Assembly: GCA_963845565.1 (NCBI GenBank)
Contig: CAWJSJ010000005.1
Coordinates: 832,001 to 896,000 of the forward strand
Source: an uncultured Methylomirabilota bacterium
Lineage (GTDB): Bacteria; Methylomirabilota; Methylomirabilia; Methylomirabilales; 2-02-FULL-66-22
DNA: 64,000 nucleotides
Direction: 5' to 3'
Shown piece by piece: positions 19,681 to 28,773 of the stretch (the stretch's first letter is position 1; every line of letters starts with the position of its first letter). Position numbers and translations under genes: made by a program. The notes beneath the pieces are model-generated. The model searched no databases and was not told the origin of the DNA. It saw only the letters and a list, made by a program, of their open reading frames with translations.

Positions 19681-20859
19681 ATGAGCGGTTACACACCATC
19701 CGAACGACTGCGCGCGCTTCCCCCGTACCTGTTCGCCGAGTTGGACCGGATGAAGCAGGCACAGGTGAAGAAGGGGGCGGACATCATCAGTCTCGGGATC
19801 GGAGACCCGGACCTTCCGACTCCCCCGCACATCATCCAGGCCCTGGCCCTGGCCGCGGCCGATCCGAAGAATCACCAGTACCCCTCCTACGAGGGCATGC
19901 TGACCTTCCGGAAGGCGGCGGCGGACTGGTACCGGGGACGCTTCGGGGTGACCCTCGACCCGGCGACCGAGGTGCTGACGCTGATCGGATCCAAGGAAGG
20001 GATCGGTCACCTGCCGCTGGCCTTCGTCAATCCCGGCGACGTGGTGCTGGTCCCGGACCCGGCCTATCCGGTCTATCAGGCGGGGACGCTCTTCGCCGGG
20101 GGCGAGTCCTACTTCATGCCGTTGACCGCGGCGCGGGATTTCCTTCCCGACCTCGGCGCCATTCCGCCCGCCGTGCTCAAGCGCGCCAAGATTCTCTGGC
20201 TGAATTATCCGAACAATCCAACCGGCGCGGTGGCGCCCCGCGAGTTCCTGGCGGAGGCCGTGGGTTTTGCCCGGCAGCATCGGTTGATCCTGGCCCACGA
20301 CGCGCCCTATTCCGAGATCGCCTTCGACGGGTACCGACCGGAGAGCATCCTGAACATCCCCGGGGCCAAAGAGGTTGCGATCGAGTACCATTCGGTTTCC
20401 AAGACCTACAACATGACCGGGTGGCGCGTGGGATTCGCGGTGGGGAACGCCGAGATCTTGGCGGGCCTCGGGCGGGTCAAGCAGAACCTCGACTCCGGAG
20501 TCTTCCAGGCGGTGCAGCATGCGGGGATCGCCGCACTCGCCGGCTCCCAGCAATGCGTGGCCGATAACTGCCGGATCTGGCAAGAGCGGCGGGACATCCT
20601 CATCGGCGGCCTGCGCGACATGGGATTCGCCGTGGCGTCGCCCCGAGCGAGCTTCTACGCCTGGGTCCCGGTGCCGGCGGGTTTCACCTCGAGCAGCTTC
20701 TGTGTGGAGCTCCTGGTGAAGGCGGGGGTCGTGGTGACGCCGGGGAACGGGTTCGGCGCTGCCGGCGAGGGCTTCGTGCGGGCCGCCTTCACGGTCGACG
20801 CGGACCGGATCCGCGAAGCGATAGAACGAATTCGACAACTGGGCATTCGAGGCTCCTGA
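19681..20859 (+). CDS. dapL: LL-diaminopimelate aminotransferase
   Basis: LPPYLFAE, GIGDPD, GSKEG, NYPNNPT, SKTYNMTGWRVG, NLDSG; located after dapA-dapB. Confidence 0.85.
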   Translation: MSGYTPSERLRALPPYLFAELDRMKQAQVKKGADIISLGIGDPDLPTPPHIIQALALAAADPKNHQYPSYEGMLTFRKAAADWYRGRFGVTLDPATEVLTLIGSKEGIGHLPLAFVNPGDVVLVPDPAYPVYQAGTLFAGGESYFMPLTAARDFLPDLGAIPPAVLKRAKILWLNYPNNPTGAVAPREFLAEAVGFARQHRLILAHDAPYSEIAFDGYRPESILNIPGAKEVAIEYHSVSKTYNMTGWRVGFAVGNAEILAGLGRVKQNLDSGVFQAVQHAGIAALAGSQQCVADNCRIWQERRDILIGGLRDMGFAVASPRASFYAWVPVPAGFTSSSFCVELLVKAGVVVTPGNGFGAAGEGFVRAAFTVDADRIREAIERIRQLGIRGS

Positions 20860-20875
20860 GTCCGCGGGAGAACCG

Positions 20876-20907
20876 GGCGAGGCGCCAAGCGGTGGCGCCT
20901 CGCCTTT
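20876..20907 (+). terminator. candidate terminator hairpin after dapL
   Basis: GGCGAGGCGCCA/TGGCGCCTCGCC stem followed by TTT. Confidence 0.55.
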
Positions 20908-20929
20908 CACCGTTCACGGCCTGCCGATC

Positions 20930-21283
20930 ATGGATCGTATCCTCCTTCACGGGATCCAGTTTTACGGCTACCACGGGGTTCATGAGGAAGAACGCCGGCT
21001 GGGCCAGCGTTTCGTCGTGGATGTGGAGCTGCGCCTCGACCTCGCGGGGGTCGAGGCGGGGGACGATGTCTCGCTGACCGTGGACTACAGCCAGGTACTG
21101 GCCGCCGTCCTGGAGATTGGCACCCGGCAGCAGTTTCGCCTCCTGGAAACGCTGGCGGCGCGGATCGCCGACGCGATTCTCCAGCGCTTTCCCGTCCGGC
21201 AGGTCACCGTGCGCGCCACCAAACCGGCGCCCGCCATGCCGGGCGTGCTGGGCGGAGTCAGCGTCGAGATCGCGCGGCCATGA
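20930..21283 (+). CDS. folB: dihydroneopterin aldolase
   Basis: FYGYHGVHEEE..LGQRF, TVDY, LLETLA, KP. Confidence 0.95.
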   Translation: MDRILLHGIQFYGYHGVHEEERRLGQRFVVDVELRLDLAGVEAGDDVSLTVDYSQVLAAVLEIGTRQQFRLLETLAARIADAILQRFPVRQVTVRATKPAPAMPGVLGGVSVEIARP

Positions 21284-21753
21284 CGGTCCGGGCCTTTGTT
21301 GCGATCGGGTCGAATGTCGGCGACCGGCGGAAGCACTGTCGTGAGGCCCAGAACCGGCTGGGGGGGCTTCCGGAGACCGTGCTGGTCCGGGCGTCGGCGC
21401 TGATCGAGACGGCCCCCCAGGAGGGCGCGACGGGCGGGCCCTTTCTGAACGGTGTGGTGGAGCTGGAGACCGCGCTTTCGCCGGAGGCGCTTCTTCACGC
21501 GCTGCAGGCGATCGAAACGGCGCTCGGCCGACCCGCGCACCGCGACCGCGGGACCCCGCGGACGATGGATCTGGATATTCTGTTGTACGGGGATCGTCTC
21601 GTCCGTCAACCTGGTCTCGAGATCCCGCATCCTCGGATGGCGCAGCGCCGGTTCGTGCTGGAACCGTTGGCCGCCATCGCCCCGGACGCGCGGCATCCCG
21701 CACTCGACCTAACGGCGGCCGCGCTCCTCCGTCGCCTCGATGCGGCGGAGTAA
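21280..21753 (+). CDS. folK: 2-amino-4-hydroxy-6-hydroxymethyldihydropteridine pyrophosphokinase
   Basis: IGSNVGD, FLN, PRTMDLDIL, PHPRM..RRFVL.PL. Confidence 0.95.
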   Translation: MTVRAFVAIGSNVGDRRKHCREAQNRLGGLPETVLVRASALIETAPQEGATGGPFLNGVVELETALSPEALLHALQAIETALGRPAHRDRGTPRTMDLDILLYGDRLVRQPGLEIPHPRMAQRRFVLEPLAAIAPDARHPALDLTAAALLRRLDAAE

Positions 21754-21855
21754 GCCGTTGTCAAAGAATAGGTTGAGCGGAGACATTCCGAAACGGCATA
21801 AGAAGCCGTAACGAAATAGATCGAGATGCATAGGTTATTTCGTAACGGCTCTTAA
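21754..21855 (+). repeat. repeat family B, copy 2
   Basis: Near-identical to 3631..3732; starts right after the folK TAA. Confidence 0.9.
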
Positions 21856-21879
21856 CGCGGTCTCAGTGAGGGTGACTCC

Positions 21880-22533
21880 ATGAACGAGGCTCGCCTCTCG
21901 CCTCGCTACATCGTGGTGGAGGGTCCCATCGGCGTCGGGAAGACCAGCCTGGTCGAGCGCCTGGCGGAGCGTCTCGGAGGGCGGACGCTGCTGGAGGCGG
22001 CTGCCGACAATCCATTCCTGGCTGGGTTCTACAAGGATGGGCGACGGTATGCGTTCCAGACGCAGCTGTGGTTCCTGTTGAACCGGTTCCGGCAGCAGCA
22101 GGAGCTCGCCCAGTGGGATCTGTTCCGGCAAACCCTGGTCGCCGATTACCTGTTCGCCAAGGACAAGATCTTTGCCTACCTGACGCTGGAGGATCACGAG
22201 CTCACGCTTTACGAGCGTATCCACGCGCTGCTCCAGGTCCAGGTTCCGACCCCCGATCTCGTCATCTTTCTGCAGGCCAACACCGAGGCCCTCCTGCAGC
22301 GGATCGGGACCCGGGGGAAGCCGTATGAGCGCGAGATCCGGCGGGAGTATCTGGACGAATTGAACGCCGCCTATACCCACTTCTTTTTCCACTATGCGGC
22401 CTCGCCGCTCCTGGTCGTCAACACCAGCGACATCGATTTCGTCAATCGGCCGGACGACTTCGAGGATCTGGTCAAAGCGATCTTGGAAACCCGGGCGGGT
22501 ACGCATTACTATGTGCCGCGCAGCCGCACGTGA
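21880..22533 (+). CDS. deoxynucleoside kinase (dAK/dGK family)
   Basis: VEGPIGVGKT P-loop, NPFL..FY, Q..FLL.R, PDLVIFL. Confidence 0.9.
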   Translation: MNEARLSPRYIVVEGPIGVGKTSLVERLAERLGGRTLLEAAADNPFLAGFYKDGRRYAFQTQLWFLLNRFRQQQELAQWDLFRQTLVADYLFAKDKIFAYLTLEDHELTLYERIHALLQVQVPTPDLVIFLQANTEALLQRIGTRGKPYEREIRREYLDELNAAYTHFFFHYAASPLLVVNTSDIDFVNRPDDFEDLVKAILETRAGTHYYVPRSRT

Positions 22534-22595
22534 CCGCCGCCTGAGCGCGATCCTGACGCGGACCGCTACCCGCCAATCCCAGAGCGAGCTTTCCT

Positions 22596-23438
22596 ATGCA
22601 GATCATCGCTGAGCCGCGACGCATGCAGCAGTTGGCAGAGGAGACACGACGGGCAGGGCGCTCCATCGGCGTCGTTCCCACCATGGGGGCGCTGCACGCG
22701 GGGCATCTGAGCTTGCTGCGGCGCTGTCGGGCGGAGAGCGACCTGGCGGTGATGACCCTCTTCGTGAACCCGCTCCAGTTTGACCGCAAGGACGACCTGG
22801 CGCGGTATCCCCGCGATCAGGACCGGGACGCTCGGCTGGCCCGCGAGGCGGGTGTGGACGTCATCTATACACCCACGCCGGAGGCCATGTACCCCGCAGG
22901 GTACGCCACCTACGTGACGGTCGAGGGCCTCGCCGACCGCTGGGAAGGGGCCACGCGGCCCGGCCACTTTCGGGGCGTGGCCACGGTGTGCACCAAGCTG
23001 TTCACTGCGTGCCGTCCGCACCGCGCCTATTTCGGGCAGAAGGATTATCAGCAAACCCTGGTCATGCGGCGGTTGGTGACCGACCTCGACCTTGGTCTCG
23101 AGTTGGTGGTGCTGCCGACGGTGCGGGAAGCCGATGGCCTGGCGCTGAGTTCGCGGAACGTGCTGCTGACCCCCGAGGCCCGCCGGCAGGCCGTGACGAT
23201 TTCGCGCGCCTTGACGGCTGCCCAGGCCGCGGTGAAGGGCGGGGAGCGGGATGCCGAGCGGCTTCGGGCAACCATCGAGGCGCAGATCCGGACCGCCCCC
23301 CTGGCCGAGATTGAGTACGTGGCGGTCTGCGACCCCGACACGCTCGCATCGCTGACGCGTCTCGCGCCGCGGGGCGTGGCACTGGTGGCCGCCCGCTTCG
23401 GCCCCGTTCGGCTCATCGACAACATCCTGTTGGACTGA
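22596..23438 (+). CDS. panC: pantoate-beta-alanine ligase
   Basis: VPTMGALHAGH, FVNPLQF, RPGHFRGV, FGQKDYQQ, GLALSSRN, RLIDN. Confidence 0.97.
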   Translation: MQIIAEPRRMQQLAEETRRAGRSIGVVPTMGALHAGHLSLLRRCRAESDLAVMTLFVNPLQFDRKDDLARYPRDQDRDARLAREAGVDVIYTPTPEAMYPAGYATYVTVEGLADRWEGATRPGHFRGVATVCTKLFTACRPHRAYFGQKDYQQTLVMRRLVTDLDLGLELVVLPTVREADGLALSSRNVLLTPEARRQAVTISRALTAAQAAVKGGERDAERLRATIEAQIRTAPLAEIEYVAVCDPDTLASLTRLAPRGVALVAARFGPVRLIDNILLD

Positions 23439-23439
23439 G

Positions 23440-24112
23440 ATGGACGCACCGACCGTCTTGCTCTCAACCTACATCCCAGAGGCGCTGCGCGCGTGTCCAC
23501 CCCTGGCGCGGTACGCGACCCCCTGGCACATGGCCGCGCACGCGGCGGAGGTGGTGCGCGCTCTGCTGCCGACGCTCGGTGCGGAGTTTGCCGTCACCGA
23601 TGAGGTGGCGGTGCATCGGACCGCCAGCGTCGAGGCCGGGGCGGTGGTCCGCGGGCCCGCCATTCTCGGTCGGAATTGCGCGGTCGCCGCCCATGCCTAT
23701 CTCCGCGACGGCGTGTTCCTGGATGAGGAGCGTGCGGATCGGGCCGTCGTGTGAGGTGAAGGCCAGTTTCCTCTTTCGGGGAGCAGTCCTGGCGCACCTG
23801 AATTACGCGGGGAACTCGCTGATCGGGTCCGCGGTGAACGTGGAGGCCGGGGCGGTACTGGCGAATCACTGGAACGAGCGGGACGGCAAGGAGATCGCCG
23901 TGCTGTTGGCCGAGTGCCCGGTCATGACGGGCGTCGAGAAGTTCGGTGCGCTGGTGGGCGACGGCGCGCGGATCGGGGCGAACGCGGTTACCTCGCCGGG
24001 GACGCTCCTGCTGCCCCGGAGTGTCGTGGGACGATTGACACTGGTGGATCAGGTGGCCCAGTACGAGGCGCGTCAGCGCGATGCCGGGGTAATCGAGAGC
24101 CACAGCCATTAG
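23440..24112 (+). CDS. left-handed beta-helix (hexapeptide) transferase, GlmU-like; frameshift ~23730
   Basis: Hexapeptide repeats; EVK.S, HLNYAGNS, AN, KFGALVGD...IGAN. Confidence 0.75.
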
Positions 24113-24316
24113 CAGGCTCTTGGGGGCCTCTCCCGAGTCGGCGTGATCGCCGCGCCTGTGTTCTCTCCGCAGAAATTCGTCGGAGAAAACCGCAAAGCAT
24201 CCGCGTGGGTATCCAGCCCTTGGGTGGGATACGCTCATCAAGCCCTAGGGCTGGTGGCAGGAATTCTCCCATCTCGTAGACGCATTTAAACCCGCAAAAA
24301 ATCTCACGAAAATCTC

Positions 24317-24346
24317 TTGACATCAGGTTTTCCGTCGTTATATTCT
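24317..24346 (+). promoter_or_regulatory. sigma70 promoter of the dcw operon
   Basis: TTGACA at 24317 with TATATT/TATTCT at 16-18 nt spacing. Confidence 0.7.
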
Positions 24347-24356
24347 GCGCCACATG

Positions 24357-24402
24357 GTGGGGAGAAGTGGGATATGATGGATCAATAGCCCATCTCATCC
24401 CA
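24357..24402 (+). promoter_or_regulatory. MraZ operator (GTGG repeats at 10-bp period plus inverted CCCA pair)
   Basis: GTGG 24357, GTGG 24367, ATGG 24377; CCCA 24389, CCCA 24399. Confidence 0.7.
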
Positions 24403-24427
24403 TGCAGTGGATTCGGAGTGGAGGCTC

Positions 24428-24859
24428 ATGTTCCGCGGCCAGTTCGAGCACGCAATCGACGACAAGGGGCGGCTGAGCATCCCGGCGAAATTCCGCGAGG
24501 TGCTACGGGAGGAGAAGACGCTGGTGCTCACCAGCGCCGAGTCCTATCTCACGGCCTACCCGCTTACGGAGTGGCGCGCGCTCGAGGAGCGCCTGCGCGC
24601 AAATCCGAAGTTCAAGCGAGAGCAGCGTGATTTCCTTCGATTCGTCTACTCCTCGGCGGAGGACGTCGGGTTGGATTCCCAGGGACGCATCCTGATCCCG
24701 CAGGGCCTGCGTCAGCGGGCCGGGATCGCCCGCGAGGTGGTGATCATCGGGGTCATGGACACGATCGAGATCTGGGACAAGGCGCGCTGGGAGGCGAAGG
24801 TCGCCTCGGCCCCGTCGCCCGAGGAGTTGTCGGCCACGCTGGGCGAATTGGGGATCTGA
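24428..24859 (+). CDS. mraZ: transcriptional regulator MraZ
   Basis: MFRGQFEHAIDDKGRLSIPAKFR, LDSQGRILIP, IEIWD. Confidence 0.97.
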   Translation: MFRGQFEHAIDDKGRLSIPAKFREVLREEKTLVLTSAESYLTAYPLTEWRALEERLRANPKFKREQRDFLRFVYSSAEDVGLDSQGRILIPQGLRQRAGIAREVVIIGVMDTIEIWDKARWEAKVASAPSPEELSATLGELGI

Positions 24860-24946
24860 TCCGGGCGGTGGCGTTTCCGTCTACGCGGTGTCGCGGGATG
24901 GAGCGCCCAGGACGAGCGAAGTGCCGCACGGGCACGAGGGGGAATC

Positions 24947-25123
24947 ATGGCTGAGCCACGCGAAGGACGTCTGACGTACGCAGCGAGCAGGCCCCTGCCG
25001 GAGGCGCCGAGCGTCGGCGGGATCGCGGTCGAGCCGCGGCGGATCCGAGAGCCACGTCCGCTCCTGCTTCCCGCGAAGTCCAGCCGGGAATGGGGTCAGG
25101 TGCGGCGCATCGCCTATCTCTAG
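24947..25123 (+). CDS. 58-aa small ORF, below the ORF-track cutoff
   Basis: GAGGGGGA RBS, ATG 24947, TAG 25121-25123; MAEPREGRLTY...REWGQVRRIAYL; ends just before the STAS RBS. Confidence 0.5.
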   Translation: MAEPREGRLTYAASRPLPEAPSVGGIAVEPRRIREPRPLLLPAKSSREWGQVRRIAYL

Positions 25124-25141
25124 GACTTGAGGAGGGACGTC

Positions 25142-25513
25142 ATGCAGGTCCGCTGGTCAGAGATGTACCGGGTGGCGGTGCTCGACCCTCAGGGGGACCT
25201 CGGGATTCGCACCATGGTGGACATGAAGAACGCCATCACCAGTTTGCTGCGCGACGGGTGTCGGACGCTGATCGTGGACTGTCGCGAGGTGCAGCGACTC
25301 GAGGCCATGAGTCTGGGTGTGCTGGTCGAGCGCCTGTGTCGCGCCCGCGAGCTGAACGGCACCCTGGCCCTGGCGCATCTCAACGCCGACCTCGAGGCGC
25401 GGCTCCAAGAGCTCCGGGTCCACTCGCTGTTCCAGATCTTCGACTCGGTTCCGGCGGCCCTGGAGGGGCTGGTGGGCGCCGGGTCCGAGGCTGTGGCGGC
25501 GCTCGCCGCGTAA
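25142..25513 (+). CDS. STAS-domain (anti-sigma antagonist-like) protein
   Basis: GAGGAGG RBS; V...GDL, LIVDC.EV..LEAMSLGVLV, G.L.LA, LFQIFDSV..AL. Confidence 0.8.
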   Translation: MQVRWSEMYRVAVLDPQGDLGIRTMVDMKNAITSLLRDGCRTLIVDCREVQRLEAMSLGVLVERLCRARELNGTLALAHLNADLEARLQELRVHSLFQIFDSVPAALEGLVGAGSEAVAALAA

Positions 25514-25556
25514 CGCGTGCGTCCGGCAAAGCCCGAGCGGCAGGTTGCATGTCACC

Positions 25557-26459
25557 GTGAGCGTTCACGTCCCGGTCCTGCAGGACGAAGTGGTGGCGCT
25601 CCTCCGGCCTCGGCCGGCCGGGCGATACCTGGATGCCACCATCGGCCTGGGCGGGCACGCGGAGGCGATTCTCCGAGCCTCCGAGCCGACAGGGACCCTG
25701 GTGGGGATTGACCGGGACGCGGACGCGCTGGCGATCGCCCGGCAACGGCTGGCCCCTTTCGAGGGGCGGGTCACGACCCTGCAAGGCCGGTACGAGGCGC
25801 TGGGGCAGCTGGTCGAGCCGGACGCACGTTTTGACGGGATCCTCTTCGACCTCGGGGCCTCGTCGCTCCAGATGGACGCTGCGGAACGCGGCTTTTCCTT
25901 TTCGCGCCAGGGGCCCCTGGATATGCGTATGGACCGCGGCGTCGGCAGGACCGCGGCGGATCTGCTTGGCGAGTTATCCGAGGAAGAGCTGGCGGATCTG
26001 ATCTTCCAGTGGGGCGAGGAGCGGTGGTCCCGTCGGATCGCTCGGGCGATCGTGACGGCACGCCACGAGAAGCCGATCGCCACCACGACGGAACTGGCGA
26101 CGGTGGTGGGGCGTTCGATCCCCCGGCGATTGTGGCCTCGGCACATCCACCCTGCCACCCGGACGTTTCAAGCGCTGCGGATCGCAGTGAACGAGGAGGT
26201 GACCGGCCTGGGTCTCGCCCTGGAGGAGGCGACGCGTCTCCTGGCGCCGGGCGGGCGGGTGGCCGTCATCAGCTTTCACTCGCTGGAGGATCGCACCGTG
26301 AAGCAGACCTGGCGGCGCCTGGAAGCCGAGGCTGGTTTGCGGATTGTCACCAAGCGGCCGATTACGCCGGGGACGGCCGAACAGGACGCCAACCCTCGAT
26401 CGCGGAGCGCCAAACTGCGCGCCGCGGAGCAACCCGTCCCCCGTCCGGAGGTCGACTGA
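25557..26459 (+). CDS. rsmH: 16S rRNA m4C1402 methyltransferase
   Basis: HVPVL, DATIGLGGHA, DLGASS.Q, PLDMRMD, TRTFQALRIAVN, SFHSLEDR, NPRSRSAKLR. Confidence 0.97.
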   Translation: MSVHVPVLQDEVVALLRPRPAGRYLDATIGLGGHAEAILRASEPTGTLVGIDRDADALAIARQRLAPFEGRVTTLQGRYEALGQLVEPDARFDGILFDLGASSLQMDAAERGFSFSRQGPLDMRMDRGVGRTAADLLGELSEEELADLIFQWGEERWSRRIARAIVTARHEKPIATTTELATVVGRSIPRRLWPRHIHPATRTFQALRIAVNEEVTGLGLALEEATRLLAPGGRVAVISFHSLEDRTVKQTWRRLEAEAGLRIVTKRPITPGTAEQDANPRSRSAKLRAAEQPVPRPEVD

Positions 26460-26460
26460 G

Positions 26461-26832
26461 ATGGCCCAGATCTCTCCCGCGATCGGTGCCGCGGGTGCCG
26501 GCGTTCGCCTCGCCGCCCGTCCCAGGTCCCGCACCCGCTGGGCATGGTGGCAGTGGCTGGATTCGATTTCGATCGTGGGGCTCTGCCTCGTGATTCTGAC
26601 TGGGGCGCTCTACCATGTCTGGCAGCACATCTACGTGGTGCGCCAGGGGTACGAACTCGAGCGGTTGCGCGAGGCGCGCGCCACGCTGATGCATACAAAC
26701 AAGTCGTTGCGACTGGAGGCAGGGCAGCTTCGGTCGCTCCGACGCGTGGAAGAGATCGCGCGAACTCGGCTGGGCATGACCACGCCCAAACCGGGGCAGG
26801 TGATCCTGATTCCCGAGTCGCCGATCCAGTAG
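26461..26832 (+). CDS. ftsL: cell division protein FtsL
   Basis: One TM plus coiled coil, RVEEIAR..LGM..P; position between rsmH and ftsI. Confidence 0.85.
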   Translation: MAQISPAIGAAGAGVRLAARPRSRTRWAWWQWLDSISIVGLCLVILTGALYHVWQHIYVVRQGYELERLREARATLMHTNKSLRLEAGQLRSLRRVEEIARTRLGMTTPKPGQVILIPESPIQ

Positions 26833-26968
26833 TGGCTCCGGGCGGCGCGGGCCGTCCCGGCGGGGTCACCGTTTTGCGGTGCCGGTTTTTTCCGGCACGT
26901 CTCGGCCCGGTCGTTCCCGGGCCGATCCTGCGTGTGCCGAATCCCGAGGCTGGAGGGGCCAGAGAACC

Positions 26969-28666
26969 ATGAGGGCGCGCATCCTGGCGATCTTCCTCAT
27001 CCTCCTGCTGGGTCTCGGCGGCGTTGCCGCAAAGCTGTTCAGCATCCAGATCCAGCACGGAGATCGCCTGACCGAGCGGGCGACCAAGCAGTACCACCGC
27101 TTGGTGCCGCTGGTGTCCCGACGCGGGACGATTTCCGACCGGGCCGGACGCGAGCTGGCAGTCAGCTTGCGGGTGTCGTCTGTCTTTGCGCAGCCGGGTG
27201 CGATTGCGAATCCGGCCGGCACGGCACGCGCCCTGGCCCCGATCCTGGGCCAACCGGTCAGGGAAATCCAGGCACACCTCAGCGCCGAGAAGACCTTCGT
27301 CTGGCTTCAGCGGCAGCTGGAGCCACGGCAGGCGGAGGCGATCAGCGACCTCGGCCTCAAGGGAATCGGCCTGTTTCCGGAAAGCCGCCGCTATTATCCC
27401 CGCCAGGAACTGGCCGCCCACGTCCTGGGCATGGTCGGCCTCGACGACCGCGGCCTGGAGGGGGTTGAACACCTCTACGACGACCTCCTCGGGGGAAAGC
27501 CGCAGTTCGTGGTCGCTCAGCAGGACGCCCTGGGACGGTTGGTCTTCCGCCAAGAAGAGCCGGAACCCAAGACCCCCATCTTCGACGTCCGCCTGACCAT
27601 CGATGAAGTGCTGCAATACATCACCGAACGCGAACTGGCACGGGCCGTGGCGCGCTCGGGGGCCAAGGCGGGGACGGCGGTCATTCTGGACCCCCATAGC
27701 GGCGAGATCCTGGCCCTGGCTAACCAGCCGACGTTCGACCCCAACCAGTACAAGAAAGCGACCAGCGCCGCCAAGCGGAACCGCGCGGCGGCCGATTACC
27801 TCGAGCCGGGGTCGATCTTCAAGGTGATCCTGGCGGCCGGCGCCCTGGAAGAGGGGGCGATTCGTCCCACCGACCAGTTTCATGGCGAGAACGGCTCCAT
27901 CGCGGTGGGCGGCGTGACCATCCGGGATCACGAGAAGTACGGCTGGCTCACCGTCCGGCAGATCATGGCCCAATCCAGCAACGTGGGGGCGATCAAGATC
28001 GGGCAGAAGCTCGGGAAGAGCCTGTATTACCATTATATGAGCGCCTTCGGGTTCGGCAGCCTCACGGGAGTGGATCTGCCGGGGGAGACGCCGGGCCTGA
28101 TGCGACGGCCCAAGGGGTGGTCGGCGCTCTCCCTCCCCGTCCTGTCGCTGGGGCAAGAGGTCTCCGTGACCCCCATCCAGTTCGCGACCGCATTCGCCGC
28201 CGTCGCCAACGGCGGTAACCTGATGCGCCCCCACGTGATCCGCAACCTGCGCACGCCGGACGGGACGCAGGTGCGAGACACGGGGCCGGTGGTGGTGCGC
28301 CGGGTCATTTCCGAATCCACCGCACGCACACTCTTGGAGATGTTGACCAGCGTGGTCGACGAGGGTACGGGAAAGGAAGCGGCCGTGCCGGGATACGCCG
28401 TGGCGGGCAAGACGGGAACCGCGCAGAAGGTCGATCCGGCGACGGGTCGCTACTCGCATCGCAAGATTGTGGCGTCGTTCGTCGGAGCGGTCCCGGCCGA
28501 GGAGCCGCGCCTGGTGATCCTGGTGATGATCGACGAACCGGAAACGCTCCGGTGGGGAGGATCCATTGCCGCCCCCACCTTCCGCGAGATCGCGCGAGAC
28601 GCCCTCAAGTACTTGAGGGTGCCTCCCTCGCCCTCGCGAAACGTGCGGCTGGTGCGAGCCGGCTAG
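26969..28666 (+). CDS. ftsI: class B penicillin-binding protein (PBP3)
   Basis: RGTISDR, RYYP, GLEGVE, EPGSIFK (SxxK), SSN, GKTGTAQK. Confidence 0.95.
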   Translation: MRARILAIFLILLLGLGGVAAKLFSIQIQHGDRLTERATKQYHRLVPLVSRRGTISDRAGRELAVSLRVSSVFAQPGAIANPAGTARALAPILGQPVREIQAHLSAEKTFVWLQRQLEPRQAEAISDLGLKGIGLFPESRRYYPRQELAAHVLGMVGLDDRGLEGVEHLYDDLLGGKPQFVVAQQDALGRLVFRQEEPEPKTPIFDVRLTIDEVLQYITERELARAVARSGAKAGTAVILDPHSGEILALANQPTFDPNQYKKATSAAKRNRAAADYLEPGSIFKVILAAGALEEGAIRPTDQFHGENGSIAVGGVTIRDHEKYGWLTVRQIMAQSSNVGAIKIGQKLGKSLYYHYMSAFGFGSLTGVDLPGETPGLMRRPKGWSALSLPVLSLGQEVSVTPIQFATAFAAVANGGNLMRPHVIRNLRTPDGTQVRDTGPVVVRRVISESTARTLLEMLTSVVDEGTGKEAAVPGYAVAGKTGTAQKVDPATGRYSHRKIVASFVGAVPAEEPRLVILVMIDEPETLRWGGSIAAPTFREIARDALKYLRVPPSPSRNVRLVRAG

Positions 28667-28672
28667 GATCAT

Positions 28673-28749
28673 GGCAAACCGGCGACTCGGCATATAGGCG
28701 ATCGGGCGGTCGCGTAGCCGGTCCTCCCAGTCGCCCAATTGTCTGATTG
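28673..28749. repeat. degenerate 8-bp tandem repeats followed by inverted copies
   Basis: GGCAAACC GGCGACTC GGCATATA GGCGATCG GGCGGTCG ... CCCAGTCG CCCAATTG TCTGATTG. Confidence 0.55.
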
Positions 28750-28773
28750 CTGTGTGTCTGGGATGGGGGCGAC

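Noticed and set aside
17329..20910. 1193-aa minus-strand ORF, and similar long antisense ORFs at 26276..28738, 28669..30705 and 40140..42311
   Set aside because: Antisense shadows of well-supported high-GC genes; no recognisable motifs.
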